This document shows, in pieces, positions 61,786-64,000 of a DNA stretch of 64,000 nucleotides. The position numbers were made by a program, and so were the translations under genes. Below the pieces are notes generated by a model that saw only the letters and a list, made by a program, of their open reading frames with translations, was not told the DNA's origin and did not search any database. The stretch is from the human T2T-CHM13v2.0 reference genome, Homo sapiens. The stretch is from NCBI RefSeq assembly GCF_009914755.1, contig NC_060943.1. One strand, given 5' to 3'. Each line of letters begins with the position of its first letter. Within the stretch, counting starts at the first letter, position 1.

Positions 61786-63219
61786 TAAAGAAAATGTGTG
61801 CAGAAACAAAACAAAACAAAATGGAAAAAAAAAAAAAGGAAATCAGATGGTTAGCATCAGCCAAGATTTGTTTTTATTAATATCCAAATAATGATTCGAG
61901 CTCCTACAAAATAAAAATGAGGCTCCACGCAGGCAGGGCGGGGGTGAGTTAAATTGTGCATGAAAGCTGCGGTAGGGAGTGTTGCTTCGCACACGTAGGT
62001 AAGCCCGAGAGCCCGTCCAACAGAAGCAGCAGAAATCATGTTGTAAAAACTTGCTACTGAACTTTAACCTGGCATATGTGTGTGCACGCCGTAGCATTAA
62101 TATGCAGCCACTGCATCCATTCCAGTGTCAGCCAAGCCAGCATCATAGTCACCTGCTCCTTTCCCCACGCCACATCGATGGGGAACCAGAATGAAAGCAA
62201 GGAGAGATGGCAGCCTTGACTCCCCAGCCAGGCTGTCCTGTCGCAAATCCCAGGGTCTCCCCGCTGCTGGAGGCTTTGGGAAAATAGCAGCGAGGCCAAA
62301 GACTCAGACCCTGCCACCAGGAGGCCGTAGGATCCAGGGCCACTGGACACTGTCTGGCGAATGTTTACCCAGTGGGAGCTGTGCGAAGAAGATTTTTGGA
62401 AAAGAGAAAAGAGTTTTGGAAGAAAGAGTTGGGCAGCTAACAGCAGAACTTCCTGGAGGAAGGGGCTTTTGAGTTGGATCCTGAAGGACCTGATGGAGGT
62501 GGGGAGGGAGGTGGGCGGCAGGTCCACGCGATGGAGGAGGCACACAGCTGTGCGTGGCCACTAAGGCATTCGCACGCATTTGGTTTGTCCTAGACTCGCA
62601 CACGGAAAACAGCGACGTAAAATCTGCTGCAGCCCACCCTGACGACCAGAGGACTGAAGCGGGAGGAGATGAACTTGAAGTATATGCTTCCTTTCTTAAG
62701 GAGGCCAAAGACTTGACACTTCTGCAAAGAGCAGGTTGAGTGTGTATTTCAGAGAGCAGGCGAGCGGAGCTGAGTTCAAGAATGAGAGGGTAACTGCTTC
62801 TCCCACGGCCTCCGACCACGGTGGTTCTGCCTTCTCTCATTAGCTACCCTTGCTTCAAGCCAAGGAGGACGTCAGGGTCACCTTTAAGAAGTGCAGAAGG
62901 TACACTGGAGGACCAGGGGAAAGTAGGATGGTGAGACCTCTCCCACCCATCAGCCTCAGGGTGCAGGCGATGAGAAGGCAATCGCCACCTCTATGATAGA
63001 AAAAACACACATGCCACCCCCATGTCTTGGGGCCATTCTGATCTGCAGCTTGGGCAGCCACGTGAGTACTGCCCTGTGGCACCTTCCCTGTGGGACATCG
63101 CTCACCTATGGGTGCCGGGAGAGCAGAGTGCATGACCTCTGGAAGTCTGCCCTAATCTCAGGGGGCCTTGTCCAGTGCCCAGCAGACTGGGAAGGAGAAG
63201 AAAACACTGTCTCTCCAAC

Positions 63220-64000
<781 letters not shown>

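Overview
Human (primate) genomic DNA, recognisable as the RANBP3 / RFX2 locus on chr19p13.3. It is GC-rich and Alu-dense. RANBP3 starts on the minus strand in a bidirectional CpG-island promoter (~12.9-14.3 kb). Only its 22-nt first coding segment (MADLANE-, 13510-13531) is in the window, and positions 1-13509 are its first intron. The last 13 coding exons of RFX2 lie on the minus strand from 61784 down to 30316. I traced them by hand through GT-AG junctions into one continuous frame of 549 codons plus stop, covering the winged-helix DNA-binding domain, B/C regions and dimerization domain; a ~1.7-kb 3'UTR follows. The rest is Alu, L1M, L2, MIR, hAT (MER/Charlie) and MaLR/ERV LTR remnants plus simple repeats; repeat boundaries are approximate. 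The long ORFs in the track are mostly Alu-derived, antisense or GC-rich artefacts. I cannot support a wholly new biological system. Best second-look items: a ~180-bp copy of the RFX2 3'UTR inside its own upstream intron; a recursive-splice-like AG|GTAAG site in RANBP3 intron 1; an Alu apparently carrying a neighbouring Alu's 3' flank; an RFX X-box in RFX2's own 3'UTR; phase-compatible RFX2-RANBP3 read-through; a young AluYa5; and a CpG-rich 29-bp VNTR.
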